From contig CM052818.1 in assembly GCA_028534125.1 (NCBI GenBank), positions 29,824,001 to 29,888,000 of the forward strand: a stretch of DNA of 64,000 nucleotides, written 5' to 3'. This document shows positions 26,360 to 40,898 of the stretch, piece after piece. Below the pieces are notes generated by a model. That model had not been told where the DNA came from. It ran no database searches and saw only the letters and a program-made list of their open reading frames with translations. Within the stretch, counting starts at the first letter, position 1; every line of letters begins with the position of its first letter. This DNA is from Lama glama. Its lineage: Eukaryota. The translations under genes were made by a program, and so were the position numbers.

Positions 26360-28640
26360 TATAGATGGACATTAGCCAACAGGGTGGTATAAGGACCTTT
26401 GAAATTCCCTGCACCATAAAAGCAACAAGAAAACTTGCACTAAGCATGAGAATAAACTTTTTCAGAACTCTGGAAATTAATCAAAGGTCTGAAGTAATAC
26501 AGGGAGTGTTTGTTCAAGAAATGATTAAATCTTGGTTAAAAAAACAGCAAGCTTTGTGTCATTTTAACATATACCATTCCTATTCCCTCTTCAACACTGC
26601 AGCAGCCTTGAAAACCAACAGCATGTTATCATGGTGAAAATTAGCAGCCAAGCAGGCACCAGAGGGAAAATATGTTTGGAGCTCCTCCTCTGTTCCCAGA
26701 AAATGGTCTGGTGGGTCCCTGGAAGAGCCCACTTGCAAAGCTGTCTTTATTTAACCCAACTCTGAACTTGTCCAGTGAAAAGCCTTTGTCAAAAACAATT
26801 AGAGATAATTGATTGATTTTGCAGCTGCCTGAGGTGGTAAATAACAGCTGGGGCAAACAATAGGCTAAACAAAATGCTTAAAAACAAAATAAGGGAATGA
26901 GATATATAACTAAGGGCTTTGAAAAACTCCAACATATTGGTGGGAATCTAGAAGTCCATGCGTGTGTAGGGCTGTGCACATGTTCAGGAAAGACTTGAGA
27001 AGGCCCTATGCTCTCACCTCAGGCTGACCTTGAGGCTTTGCCCAAGCAGTTAGTGAATGTTAAGAGTTGTCAACTGCCTGGCTGAGTGTTGAAGCGTGTC
27101 CCAACATACACACACCCAGAGCCTACCAACAAAGACTAGGAAACTTGCTGATTTAGGCATTAAGGAATTTTCTGTCCAATCATTAGCTGACCATTAAGCT
27201 AACCAACCTGAGACTGCACAAAGAAACAAGAAAGTATGGCTCTTACATGATTTAAAAAAAAGGCAATGAATAGAAACCGTCCCTGAGGATGCCCCGGTGA
27301 TGGATTTTACAGACACTTAAAATCTGCTATTTTAAATAATCCCTAGCACAAGGACTAAGAAAGTAACTCAAAAAAAAAAAAAAGTAAAAGAAATGCCAAG
27401 GGAATTAACATGGTACATTAGAAAATACCCATTTAGCCAAAAAGAAGGCAGTAATGGGGAAATAAAAAAAAATAAGACATACAGAAAACAAATAACAAAA
27501 TGGCCAATATACATCCTACATTAAATACTTTGATCAAAGGCAGAGATTGGCAGAAAAGTTTTTTTTTTAATGATTCAACTAAATGCTGTCTATAAGAGAC
27601 ATACTTAAGATTCAGATACAAAAATAGGATGAACATTTTTTTTAAAAAACGAAGAAGACACATCATGTAACAGTAACCAAAAGAGAGCTAGAGTGGCTAT
27701 ACAAATGTCTGAGAAAATACACCTTAAGACAAAATTGTTAATAGAACAAAGAAAGGCATATTTTAATGATAAACATTCACTCCATCAAGAAGATACAATA
27801 GTTATTAGTGTTTATTCACCTAACAACAGAGCCCCAAATTACATGAAGCAAAAACTGACAGATCTGAAGGAAGAAATACACAATTCAACAGTAATACTTG
27901 GAGACGTCAATATCCAACTTTCAATACTGAAAAGAACAACTATACGGAAGACAGACATAGAAGACTTGTGCAATACTATAAACCAGCTAGACCCAACAGA
28001 CATTTAAAGAACGTTCTGTCCAGCAACAGTGGAATGAATACACATTCTTCACAAGTGCACACAGAACATTCTCCAGGATATACTATGTGTTAGGCCATAA
28101 AACCTCAATAAATTTCAAAGTGTTAAAATCACACAAAATATATTCTCCAACCACAATGGGACAAAATTAGAAATCACTAACAAAAAGAAATTTGGGGAAT
28201 TCACAAATATATGGAAATTAAACAACACACTGCTAAATAATCAATACATCAAAAAAGAAATCACAGGAAAATTAAAAATACTTTGAGATAAATGAAAACA
28301 AATATATAATAGGCCAAAACTTATGGGATGCAGTGAAAGCAGTGCTTAAGGGGAAATTTATCATTATAAATGCGTATATGGAAAAAGAAAAAAAGATCTC
28401 AAATTGATCATCTGATCTTCCACTATAAGAAACTAGAAAAAGAAGAGTAAACTAAATTCAAAGCAGCAGAAAGAACAAAATAATAAAAGTTAGGGTGTAA
28501 ACAAATAAAATAGGGAATAGAAAAACAAAAGAGAAAATAAACAACCCAAAAGTTGGTTAGATTTAAATTAGTAGAATCAGAAATGAAAGAAGAGAAATTA
28601 CTACCAAACATACAGAAATAAAAAGGTTTATAAGGGGAAC
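26360..28640 (+). mobile_element. Old L1 5' portion: 5'UTR, deleted ORF1, and ORF2 endonuclease region
   Basis: ORF 27693..28007 contains L1 APE-endonuclease motifs (HQEDTIVISVYSPNNRAPNYMKQKL, STVILGDVN). Also aacattctccaggata and aacttatgggatgcagtgaaagcagtgctta. Confidence 0.9.
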
Positions 28641-28873
28641 ACTCTACTCCACAAGTACTCTACACTAAAAATAGCACCCAAGACTCAAAAAATCAAATCA
28701 CATCCTTAAAGCACCTACATGATCAAAAAACACCAGTCTACAAATATTTATTCTACTTCTAACTGTACTATATTATAGGCCATGAAGGTTCACCAGAGTC
28801 CAAAGACATATGACACAAACATTGTGTTTACAACCTTTGCAAATAAGACAAAATATACAAAGAAAAGATTAAA

Positions 28874-28990
28874 CCTTTAATGAAAAAGAATATGAAAATG
28901 AATATATGTATGTATATGCATGACTGGGACATTGTGCTGTACATCAGAAATTGACACATTATAACTGACTGTATTTTAATAAAAAAAAAG
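28874..28990 (+). mobile_element. Very short lineage-specific L1 3' end
   Basis: aatgaaaaagaatatgaaaatgaatatatgtatgtatatgcatgactgggacattgtgctgtac... with poly(A). TSD aaagattaaa on both sides. Confidence 0.88.
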
Positions 28991-30319
28991 AAAGATTAAA
29001 TAGTAAGCAGGAAGACCTCCATCACATTTGGAAATGCTAAGGTACTGATGATTTCAAATACTTTCTCTATCAACTCATACCTACCTGAACTCTTGTGAGA
29101 ATGAGGAACATAGAGAGTGGATGGGATGCAACTTACTACTAGACAGTATCAATTCTGGGTATTTTATCCACTGGAAGATGGGTTTGGAGGGGCAGAGCGG
29201 GGCAGCCTCATAAAGAAGGTGAGAAACACTAGCGCAGTGACCCTGCTTAGTATAAACTGGCCTCTTCTTTCGCAAATTCCTATCCCACATTTTTCTTAGA
29301 TAAGTCAACTCTTTCTCCTTGACAGCTTACACCTCTTTGTCCTGCCAGCAGATTTATCTTTCCCAAGGGCAGTGTTTGCAGGCAATATATTTCCTTTCTT
29401 CAGTTAGTCACACTGCATTCCTCAGTCTTCTTCATTCTCTCCAAAATGTTCTGTTTTCTCTTCCCTCCTCCAGTTACCCATTCAATTGATATAATTTATT
29501 ACCAAATAAAGAACTACAAAAAATGTGCCCAGTGAACAAAAATAAAGCACAAAGGCTTCTAATATAATTTTGCAATATCAAAATGTGGGGTGGCCAGAAA
29601 TCTTCACAGAAAGCAAAAAGCTTTGGTATTTCTGGCTACGGGTTGCTACTTCCCTACTGGAAAACACAGATGTACATTCTTATGTGATACAAGAAATTTG
29701 TCATCTTAACATCTATTAAGTAGGATAAAAATACATTCCCAACCATGCAAAAGCATACTTAAATGGATAAATGGCTGCAACAGACCTGAGGTGCATTGTG
29801 AACCCCTGCAATCCCTGAAGACCATTTCCCTACCCAAGCACAGAGACATATCTCATGTACCTATTTTATTTTTCAGTTCCGCACAACTAATTATTGTTCT
29901 TAATAAAACTCTACAACAATGACAATGCATAGCAAATCTCAGTATAAAATTAAGTCTGCCAAGACTTATAAAAAACCTTATGAATTATGGCTGGACTCCT
30001 TACTTTATCAGGAAGGCCTGCACTGCTTGAAGCAAAGGTCACACACTCAAATACCCAGAGATTTGTGCCAATTACTGAGAATGAATGAAGCAGGCTGGTG
30101 AGGGAGCATACAAAGGAAGGAGCCACTCCTCAATTCCAGCCAGTCAGTACAATAATGTGGGAATTTGGCCCAGTGTTTATACAACGTTTGATTCTTTAAG
30201 AGAAGCCAAGAAATCCAGATTTTTAGATGAATTTGCCTGACAATGCTTACTCTAATTTTTTTCAAAACACTATGTAAGCCAAATAAAATACCTCTTGCAA
30301 CTTCAGACTGAAAACATTA

Positions 30320-30730
30320 AACTCCCCCCCTATAGTGGACATCAACTGCTCTTTTTCCTGCTCAGCATCCATTCTCTGATCTTCTGATAACAGAACTCTT
30401 CTTCCCTGAGAGGAAGCTGTTCCCTGTGGTACAGGTAGGACTTGTCAGAGGTGAGGGCACATGCCTCAGGCTGTTCAGTCTTTGTGGAACCTTTCTGTTA
30501 GAGCCATGGAACTCACGGTACTTTTCCACCGGGATTACTAAACTTGAGCTTCCTGTGGCCATCCTGTCTGGCTCTTGGAGAGAGTGACAAAGTCAGATGA
30601 CCTCATCTCAGCCCTGGATATGGCTGTAATGACAGGTCTACTAGAATTTTCAGTTGTATGAACCAATAAATTCCATTTTTTGACTAATTATACATGTTGG
30701 TTCTCTTACAACTGAAAGAGTCCTAATACA
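30320..30730 (+). mobile_element. Old MLT1-type LTR
   Basis: ctgctcagcatccattc near the start; ends aaccaataaattccatttttt...caactgaaagagtcctaataca. Confidence 0.7.
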
Positions 30731-33684
30731 CCCCTAGAAAATTGTGTTGCGTGATTCGTTCTCTAGACTACGACTGTAAGAAGATCTGTGCAGATGTAGG
30801 TGCCTTTAGTCAGAAAGTCAAATGGTAGTTCCACCACTTACTAAATGCATGACCATGAGTAAGTTAACTAGAATTTCGAGAGTCTGCTCTTCACTTGTAC
30901 ATTAGCTGGGAGAATTAGATGTGAAACGTACCTAGCATTTTGTCAGGAACACAGTAAGCCCTAAACTAATGTTTGTGTTCTTTCTCAACTCCCTCCACTT
31001 GAAAACCAGATTAGAAAGTAAGATGCTTGAGGTTTCACTACTGGGAAGAAGGAAGGGAACTTGAAACAGCTTCTAGAAACACTAAATTTTTCTATAAATA
31101 ATCACGTTAGTCAACTGTGTACAGTTTCTTCAAAGACAGAAGAACTGCTGTTGCCAACTGTTAAGCAGGCAATTATGTAACTGACGCCAACAGGACTGGA
31201 GGAAGTGAGGTCAAAGGGAAAAACTACTGATACCACAAGGTTAAAAGTTAAATTTTTCCACATAAGGCTAATTTCAACCAAATCTCAGTTTTTTAGGAAA
31301 ATGTGTAGAGTCATTAGGAGGAGGCCCTAGAGATCTCAGAGAAAGAATCTGTACAAAATACAAACTGAGTGGACCATTGCTTTATAGAAGGACAGCAGAG
31401 ACAGAAATATTTAGCTGTAAACATAATGGCCAAACAGAATATGGAATCTGTACACACTTGCATGTTAGCATCTGTCATACTATACTAAAACGTCCTGCTC
31501 AGGCATATGCACTGTCAGACTATAAGCTCCTTGGAGGTAACTTTTTTCTTATACTCCTCCTTGGAATACAATTATCCAGTACAAGGTAGATACTCTATAA
31601 ATGTTGGATGAATTCAAATGAAACTAACACTAAAGTCACAAAGGGCTACTGGTGTTTTCTAAGGGTCTTCAGAGTCAAAATTGAGACATAAAAGATTCTT
31701 CTGTTCGAGAACAAAGGGAGAATGCCCTGGGGACATGTTCTGGGATGACATCAATATTGAGTATGACTGAATCTCCCAACAAATTTGTCCTAGCAAACAG
31801 AGAGGTCACACAGTAGAATGTGAACTTCACAGGGCCTCTTATCCAAGCAATCACACCTAAGAAGTAACTCTAAACCCTAAAGGACTGAAAATACCAAGCA
31901 GCAAAACTGATGGCCTGAAAGGAGATTCTGCGCAACTGAGTGATGAACCTTTGGACCAAATGCTCCACTGTTGAGAGGTGACTGAGAACTGGAGAGATAC
32001 GCAAGCAAAAAAGTTAACATACTGAAAAATATGCCATATTGGGACTCAGCAACATTTATGATGTTATGTTTTTCTGCAAGTTGCTATTTTAGAAATTTAA
32101 CATTTGAGGGAGGGACAACTCTACCCTAAGCACACTAGGATTCCTGGATGTATCGTGTTAGAGACAAGGCCCTGGGTTTTGGATAAAGAATCTGGGTGAA
32201 AGTTCAAACGTTTAAGGAAAATTATTCATACTTGAGTCAGAAGGAATTATCAGAACAAACTGCCCTTCTTGGCTATGATTTGTGCCTCAATTTTGTGAAT
32301 GAGCGGAAGGAATTAAAAATTCTACCATGCGATAAGAGAGGCCCTCACTCAGTTGGTCAGTACACAGCGTTGAGGAATTGGCAGGCCAACAACTACAGGA
32401 AGCTCTCCTGGCAAAGGATGGAGGTGGATAAATGAGCTCTAGACCCAGACTTGGTCTCACTACAACAAGTGCCTTTGAGGACTACAGGAATGACAGAGCT
32501 AGGCTTGGCAACCAGAGGTTTCCTCCAAGGGGGAAAAAAAAAAAGGCAGGCTAAGAATTTAAGGTCATATTTCTAGTCAGACACCTGTCCCAACAATACC
32601 TGTCAGACAATAGCTTTAGGTTTTAAAAAAAGCACTTGTGTACATGCGTGTGTTGCAAGTGCAACTCAAACAACCTTGGACATAGTCTAATTCAGTCTTC
32701 TTACCTGAAGCACAGAGGAAAACGGATTCTAATTTCACTGTTGGAGAGACTGGTTCTCAAAGACAAGGAGTTCGACCACTGGAAAGGTGTCCTTGATGCA
32801 GTGAACAAAGACGACGGAGCAGAACCAAGAGAGCCCCAAAGAACCTTCTACCCTTAGGGCTGCCACAAATAATCCTTCCAGCAGAAAAGCAGCTCACTCC
32901 AAGCCCAAGTTCTTGTTCCATGAGCCGCAACTGAGAGGTGAATAGTACAAAACACTTCATGTCCCCCCAGTTACTTACCCTCTTCTTCACTGGGGTGAGG
33001 CCTCATCCTGCTCACTCTCTCTCTGAGCCAAGTGTTTACTACCATGCTTTTTACATGTGTGACAACACCACACTGTGGGCTTGATTTTTCAAAGGGTACC
33101 TGCCAACAACATACATACTCCAGGTCCAAGATAAAACAGAGTAATTAAAAACAGGCTTTGTTATCCAATTAGCTGATCACCTCCTATTTGTATTACCCAG
33201 TTATAGAGTATTTTCAGTTGTTTTGCTGATTTTTCTCATTCAAGTGAGCACAACAGGTTTTAACTTACAAACTGACTATCAAATTTTGAGGGATTAACGA
33301 CATCCTGGATGGGAGGCAGGTGTTGGGGAGGGAGGTATGGGCTCTAGAAGAAAGGTCTGAGCTCAGATCCCCAAATCTGCCACTTGCTAAGGCTTATCAG
33401 TAAGGCGGCAAAAACAACTCATACTTTGTAGGTTGTTACAAATATTAATGACAATGACAAAATAATTCTACAAAGAATGTAGTATATAAGAAGCTCTCAA
33501 AAATTGCATTACATAATAACAGCACGTTCACAGTGTCTTAGCATCTACTGAGCAAAAACAAAAATTCTCAAAGGCTCTTATTTCTATTCCTAAAGTTAGA
33601 AAGTTGAAATGGGAGGAGGGAGATCTCGTACTTTGTTTTTGGGGAGAAAACATATGGCAGTAACTATTTTGTGAACTCCTACTA

Positions 33685-34300
33685 GTCATTCACTCAGCAA
33701 ATATATTTGAGTTCTCCCTATAGGCAGGCCTGTGCTAGGTGCTGGGGAGACAGCTGTAAATAATATAGACACAAGTCTGATTCTTTAGCAGCTTACAGTT
33801 TAGCCAGTGAGCTAAGCCAGCACATGGAGGATGAGAGTAGTGTTGGGTGTTATAGGAGCACATGGGAAAACATCACCAAATCTGGGAGGCAGGTTTCAGG
33901 GAAAGCTCACTGTAGGAAGCAACTGCCAAGGAGAATTCTGAAGAATAAGTAGGAATTACCTGAAGGGGTTCAAGTTCTAGACAGGCAATAGTATGTGCAA
34001 AGGTCCTGAGGTTAAACAACACTGCAAAGTCGAGACTTACAAGTAGTAGTTCAGTCCCGCTAGAACCTTGGGCACAACCTGGATGAGTGAGTACAAATGG
34101 GGACGAAGCAGAGATAAAAGAGTAGGGAGACAAAACAGTCAGCAACACAAGTAGGAGTCAGAACACCAAGTGGTCTGTAAATCATTCAGGCTAAAGAGCT
34201 CCAACTTAATCCTGGAGACACAGCAAAGTTACTGAAGAGTGAGAATGAAATGATCAGACTTATCTTTCAGGAAGCCTCTGCTGACTGTAGTGTGAGAAAA
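33685..34300 (-). mobile_element. L2 LINE 3' portion
   Basis: tcattcactcagcaaatatatttgag...tgtgctaggtgctgggga, and gtatgtgcaaaggtcctgagg. Confidence 0.8.
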
Positions 34301-35761
34301 AGAACACGTGGGGAATCTCTTAAATCATATAAAGAAACTGTCTTGGAAGAAAAAACCCCAAAACCTCCATAACCCAAACCAAATGCTAAAAGAATCTCAA
34401 AAAATCTCATTTGTTTTAGAAATAAAAGATATACTTGCAATTTAAAGGAACACTTTTCAAAAGCCCAATGGCTACAATGATCTGCAAATGTAGCCTATGA
34501 AAAGATAAGGCTATGGATCTCAGGTTAGCTCTTTGTTTCCTAGAAGCAAAAGAAAGTAAGAGATATCCCAACCCTAATCTCTCCAGTCCCTTCACCCCTC
34601 AGCCCTCCAGGCAGCATATGCACGCTCAGTCTTTGTCTTTCATTTAAGGACCCACTTTGCTCAACAAAATTAGAATTTTGTTATAGAACAGGCTTGGAGA
34701 AGCTGCAGTAAGTGTGCCAGATAGCTTTAAAAAATTAAACGCTAATAGATGAGAACCAGTTCTGACCCCAAGGTGGAGCAAAATTAATCTTAGCTATTTT
34801 GCCAATGGTCATTAAATAACGAGGATTTCTGTAGGTAATTTCCAAATGAGAAAGTCTGAGATCCTACGAGCGGGGTGCAAACAAAAGCACCAGAGTGCAA
34901 CAATTAGAATTAGATACTTTACCAAATTTGCCTTTTAAAAATAAATTACACCATTAAGCACTAAATGCAAGGATTAAAATTTCACAAATTTCCAGTTAAA
35001 TCCAAAAGTGGTGACAACTACTGACACATGACCAAATACTACAAGAATCTCAGCTGTTTTAGAAATAAAACATTTGCTGCCAACTTGAAGCAAAACCTTT
35101 TTAGGGTTATGAGTAAACTGATCTGCAAATATAGCATTAGAAGAACAGGTAAGAAAAGTCTTTTCTGAGGCAAATAAAACGCTAAAATCAATCTTTAAAA
35201 TCAAGATTTTGAGGGACATTTGGCCGTAACTCACAAAAGGCTTGAGACAAAGTAAATGACCAAAAATTCCTAAAAATTAAAATATATACATTTTGTAGAA
35301 TAATTTAAAACATAGGAATTTATCACTATTACAAGACATTTATTACAAGGTCATATGCAAATTAAAAAAATAATAGCACCACAACCACTTTGGGAGATAC
35401 AGTCAAATCTATTCTCTGAAAAGAACGGACTTGTTTCATTTTTTTCTTCTATAATTAGAGAAAATCTCTACTTTCCATACTTTCTGAAAGTAAGTAAGTT
35501 TAATATTTCAAAACATGCTTTGGGGATCTGCGATACACCAACTTCTTAATTATTAAAAACATCACTATTTCAAAAACTGCCATATTTTTATATACAGTTA
35601 TTATTTATTTGTTCACTGACCAATGTGAGGAATGATGCAATGGGAACTGCATCAGACTGGGAGTCAAGATACCATTCATTCATCCATTCATTCCTTGACT
35701 ACCACTTGTGTGACAGGCAATGGGCATTAAAAATATATTTAAGTCCCTGAAGAAACATTAT

Positions 35762-36455
35762 ACTGTATTTCATCAAATCTGAGATGCCATCAACTTTAAG
35801 ACTAACTCTTAACTAATAAAGAAAAAATGCTTTCGATTAAATTATGACATAATGCCTTGAATGAATCACATCAGCCTCTCACTGCTTTGACATTTTTAAA
35901 ATATACTCAGAAAAATTTGGTAATTTTTCCTGCCCTCAATACATTGCTTGACATTTTAAAGGGCAACCTTTTTTTTTCTCACACATCTCGTACAAAGCAC
36001 AGCTTCATTTACTTTGGGGTGTCTTTTCTTTCTTGGCTCCTGTCTAGCACTTAGTTTTTAAAGAAAAGTAAGTGGAATTGAGATGATTTCTCTAATGGCA
36101 TATGCTTATTTCACGAATACTAAATTCATATCCCTCGAGTTGGTTTTTGTCCTTTATTGTGTGTTCAATACCTTTTTGTTTCAATGTCAAATCATAATGG
36201 AATCTTTTTGAAGATACTTTAAATGGCAATTAAGCCCAACATATGTAGAGCTGACACTGTGTACATTGTGCAATTGAAATGACAACACTAAATATAGCTG
36301 CAACTAAGCTTGTACAAGCACAAGCAGCTACAACCTGGCCAAATGGCCACCTGACTGACAGCAACTGACAGATGCCATCCAACGACAAGATACATTCCAA
36401 TTCAAAGATGTTAAAATGTGAAAAAGATGCATGTCTCAGAATCAGACTGGTAACA
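35762..36455 (-). mobile_element. Kanga-like Tc2/mariner DNA transposon, internally deleted
   Basis: Left end actgtatttcatcaaatctgagatgccatcaa; right end aagatgttaaaatgtgaaaaagatgcatgtctcagaatc. Both are homologous to the MER104-like copy at 5.1 kb. Confidence 0.7.
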
Positions 36456-36459
36456 GCAG

Positions 36460-36690
36460 CAAACACTCATGCAGCACTATGAGGAAAGCATCATGCTAGG
36501 TCCTTCACATACATCATGCCATGAAAACCTGTCAGGTAGGTAGGCTAGGCTAGGTGCCTCCAGATGAGGAAACTGAGGCTTTGCGGGGGGTTGTCTGAGT
36601 AACTGGCCCCAATATCACAAAGCTGGCATGTGCCAAGGCTGGCACTGGAATCCAGGCAGACTTGGCTACACTTTTACCCACTATGCCACA
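36460..36690 (-). mobile_element. MIR SINE
   Basis: Core cagatgaggaaactgaggct...gtaactggcccaatatcaca...ggaatccaggcag. Confidence 0.8.
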
Positions 36691-37063
36691 CAGCCTCCGT
36701 GTCAATAAACGATAACCAGCTTTGTGACCTGGCACAAACCATTTGAGACTCCTTTCCTTATCTGGGAAAGAAAGGGAGCTGGAATGGATGATTATGGAGC
36801 CCTCTCCCAGGATGGAAATATTATAATTCTATAATTTTCTATAGTAAAATTTTATTCCTATGCTGGTTTCTCTTTAAGCCAATACAATTCAAAGACCTTC
36901 ACTGCCATTAGTGATTAGTTGAAAGAAATATAATTTCTACTATCAGTCTAAAATACACATACTTAGGAAGGTATTAAGAAATAGATACCCATGTACCACT
37001 ATTTCTCTTTTTCAGGGTGATGGCAAAAGGTGGACTGTAGATACAAATACTCCTACTTGTGGG

Positions 37064-38136
37064 TTTTTTTTNNNNNNNNNNNNNNNNNNNNNNNNNNNNN
37101 NNNNNNNNNNNNNNNNNNNNNNNNNNNNNNNNNNNNNNNNNNNNNNNNNNNNNNNNNNNNNNNNNNNNNNNNNNNNNNNNNNNNNNNNNNNNNNNNNNNN
37201 NNNNNNNNNNNNNNNNNNNNNNNNNNNNNNNNNNNNNNNNNNNNNNNNNNNNNNNNNNNNNNNNNNNNNNNNNNNNNNNNNNNNNNNNNNNNNNNNNNNN
37301 NNNNNNNNNNNNNNNNNNNNNNNNNNNNNNNNNNNNNNNNNNNNNNNNNNNNNNNNNNNNNNNNNNNNNNNNNNNNNNNNNNNNNNNNNNNNNNNNNNNN
37401 NNNNNNNNNNNNNNNNNNNNNNNNNNNNNNNNNNNNNNNNNNNNNNNNNNNNNNNNNNNNNNNNNNNNNNNNNNNNNNNNNNNNNNNNNNNNNNNNNNNN
37501 NNNNNNNNNNNNNNNNNNNNNNNNNNNNNNNNNNNNNNNNNNNNNNNNNNNNNNNNNNNNNNNNNNNNNNNTTATGTTGAGATATGTTCCCTCTATACCC
37601 ACTTTGGCAAGAGTTTTTATCATAAATGGGTGTTGAATTTTATCAAATGCTTTTTATGCATCGATTGAGATGATCATGTGGTTTTTGTCCTTTCTCTTGT
37701 TGATGTGATTGATTTGCGTGTGTTGAACCAGCCTTGTGTCCCTGGGATGAACCCCACTTGGTCATGATGTATAATCTTTTTTATGTGTTGTTGGATTCTA
37801 TTTGCTAAAATTTTGGTGAGGATTTTGGCATCTATGTTCATCAGTGACATTGGCCTATAATTCTCTTTTTTTGTAGTGTCTTTGCTTGGTTTTGGTATCA
37901 GGGAGATGGTGGCTTCATAGAATGAGTTTGGGAGTATTCCCTCCTTTTGAATCATCTGGAAGAGTTTGAGAAGGACTGGTATGAGTTCTTCTTCGTATGT
38001 TTGGTAGAATTCCCCAGTGAAGCCATTCGGTCCTGGACTTTTATTTGTAGGGAGGTTTCTGATTGCTATTTCTATTTCCTTTCTAGTGATCGGATTGTTC
38101 AAGTGTTCAGTTTCTTCTTGATTCAGTTTTGGTGGA
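37064..38136 (-). mobile_element. Relatively young 5'-truncated L1; visible part is the ORF2 Z/RT region, 3' part hidden in the gap
   Basis: ORF 37674..38102 reads [15 protein letters not shown]...[15 protein letters not shown]...[16 protein letters not shown]...[10 protein letters not shown]. It is inactivated by a frameshift after RKSI and a stop in IDA*KAFD (37654-37656). Poly-T starts at 37064. TSD cctacttgtgggtttt / cttatttgtgggtttt. Confidence 0.95.
37072..37571. other. Assembly gap (500 N)
   Basis: Run of exactly 500 n. Confidence 1.
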
Positions 38137-38726
38137 CTTATTTGTGGGTTTTATTCTGCTTGTGTACTATACTTGTGATAGAAATTTAGCCATTTAAAAT
38201 TTTACTCCAAAATTAACATCTAATTTCAATGTGTCCATTTAACAGATACACACAATGCAAAATCCCTCATTATTTAAAAAATTCTGTTCATTTATGAGTG
38301 GAAAAACATCCGATTAATAGATGCAAATATTGCAACACTTTTCCTCTTGACCTAATTTAAGGGTAGAATTAAATATACATTACACACTTGACAACTCTAC
38401 TGCCCTGAGGGGAGAGGCGTTGTCATTACACACACTTTGAATTTTCTACAGGCAGATCCAGCTGCTCTTCCTCATAGGTAACCTTCCTTCAGACCCACAG
38501 CCTCTGATCATGAGGTAACCCAGTAATGCTGAAAATAATTCCTAACAGTTCACTCAGAAGCTCTCCTACAAGAGGAGAGTTAATAAAGGAAAGAGATCAC
38601 AGTGTCTTTAAGGATTTTATTATTCATTCTAAACATCAAATAATGTATCAATTTTGGGCTTGCTTTTGTCTTTAATATACACATACCCATGCAGACACAT
38701 AAAATAGTCTGCTGCAATTGAAATCA

Positions 38727-38999
<273 letters not shown>

Positions 39000-39375
39000 C
39001 TAGAAAATAAAGTTAAAATAATGAACACTTCTGTATGCAAAGACAGATAGCCCTGTTTCACTTGCAGACATATCCAATCCGCCGTCTCAAGGGTCTGCTA
39101 ATTGTAATAAATACATAATTTATATAATTCAACCTCAATTTCTATAATTCAATTAGGAAATTGCAATGATTCAATACTTTAGCAAGCTTCTTTAAAGGAG
39201 GTGAGTAATTAAAAAAATAAAATAGCAATTGTTTCAAAACATTCAATATATCCATTTTTTCCCCCAAGAACTGAGAACTTAAAAAGCAAAATCTATACTT
39301 CTTATTCCCTAGAGATTCTATATATGATCTCTGTTGTAAAGCTGAGATCCAATAAATCAATTTTTTAAACTCTAG

Positions 39376-39578
39376 TTAAAATGGCTATTAACAAAAAGAT
39401 AAGAGGTGCTGCTGAGGATGTGGGGGAAAGGGGACTCTTGCGCACTGTTGGTGGGAATGTAAAGTGGTGTAGCCACTACAGAAAACAGAGGTTCCTCTAG
39501 AAACTGAAAACAGAACCACCCCATGATCCAGCAATCCCACTTCTGGGTATATAGCTGAGGAAAACAAAACACTAATTT
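39376..39578 (+). mobile_element. L1 ORF2 C-terminal fragment
   Basis: gcactgttggtgggaatgtaaagtggtgtagccact...atgatccagcaatcccacttctgggtatata. Confidence 0.85.
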
Positions 39579-40660
39579 ACTTTAAGCACATTCTAAAAAA
39601 CCTAGCTATCTAATTTTCCAGTCCTTGGCAGATAAAAGGGCACAAATTTTGTGGCAAGGTGAGTGAAGGTTAAACATACTCAAAATTAAATCTATTGTAG
39701 TTTATAAGTGGTCCATCCTGCAGGCATAGAAAACAGTATTAGAAAGGTTAAAAAATTAGGTGAGACTCGTAAATAAGGTATGGTTTCAAAATTCAATACA
39801 TATTTAAGAGTTAAGAAGCTAATGGACATGGAAAATGCAGGACTAACAAAATTAGAAAGTAAAATGAAATACACCTGAAAATTATAAGCTAATATATTAT
39901 CAAAATAAACAAAAGGGATGGTCCAGTTCTTCTGCATTCCATGAAATACAGGCGAATTTGGCTATTTTAGAATATGTGATTGGACATTTTCAAAAACTGA
40001 ACACAGCATGTGGGAGCTGGAATAAGTCTTGGTGCTCAAGTAGTAAGTAGTTTAATCTTTTCTTTCAACAAATGAAGAAAGTTACGGCACCTAAGCTGAT
40101 ATGGCTAGCTAAAGGCAAATTCTCCTTTTACAATAAACCATGCTGTTATTTCTTGATCTTTAAAAATAGTACAAAAAGATATGGTTACTCCCTAAAAAGA
40201 AAGAAAAAATGATTTAATTTCTTAATGAAAGAGAATGTTTTTCTAACTGCCCAAAGATCCTAAAATCCACAGCCTCCTAAGCAGATAAAATAAACACTTA
40301 GCCTAAATTCTGTTTCAACAGTGTTTAATTTTCCTAATGATTCTGTTCAGAAACTGAGTAACAGCTACACCCTCAACAGACATTTTTTGTCTTAATAATA
40401 GCTCAGAGCCTGAAATCTTTGTATACCACAAACCACAAAGTACAAAGCACTTAACAAATTTCACAGGTCAGGGTCAAAAACATGCCGAAAAGCTCCAGTT
40501 GTTAACACCTTCTTGATGAAGAAGCTACTCCTTTTGAGATGATATAACAAAGCTTTTTATGTGTCTATGTGTTACTGAGCCCCCCTTCAATAGATAAAGT
40601 GAACCCCAATGTGTAATAAACCCCCTTGTTTATCTTGTGCTTAAAAATACAGCCTACTCT

Positions 40661-40898
40661 ACCAAAGGGGAAAGGAGGGGGGATAAATTAGAAGTTTGGG
40701 ATTAACAGATACACACTACTGTATATAAAACAGGTAAACAACAAGAGTCCACTGTATAGCACAGGGAATTACATTCAATATCTTGTAATAACCTACAATG
40801 GAAAAGAATCTGAAAAAAACATATATATGTATACGATACTATACACCTGAAACTAACAAAACATTGTAAATCAACTACACTTCAATAAAAACAAACAG
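40661..40898 (+). mobile_element. Cetartiodactyl-type L1 3' end
   Basis: gggataaattagaagtttgggattaacagatacacactactgtatataaaa...ctgtatagcacaggga...tcaactacacttcaataaaa. TSD aatacagcctactct / aatataacctattct. Confidence 0.88.

Noticed and set aside
32695..32985. Consensus-like minus-strand donor sites (CAG|GTAAGA near 32703, AGG|GTAAGT near 32975)
   Set aside because: No convincing paired acceptor, and the TTC27 frame is already complete without an exon here.
37012..37668. Three long ORFs of 173-212 aa
   Set aside because: Artefacts of translating through the N gap.
37674..38102. Reverse-transcriptase-like ORF as a possible novel RT system
   Set aside because: Ordinary L1 ORF2 fragment, 5'-truncated, with a frameshift and a stop in the IDAEKAFD motif.
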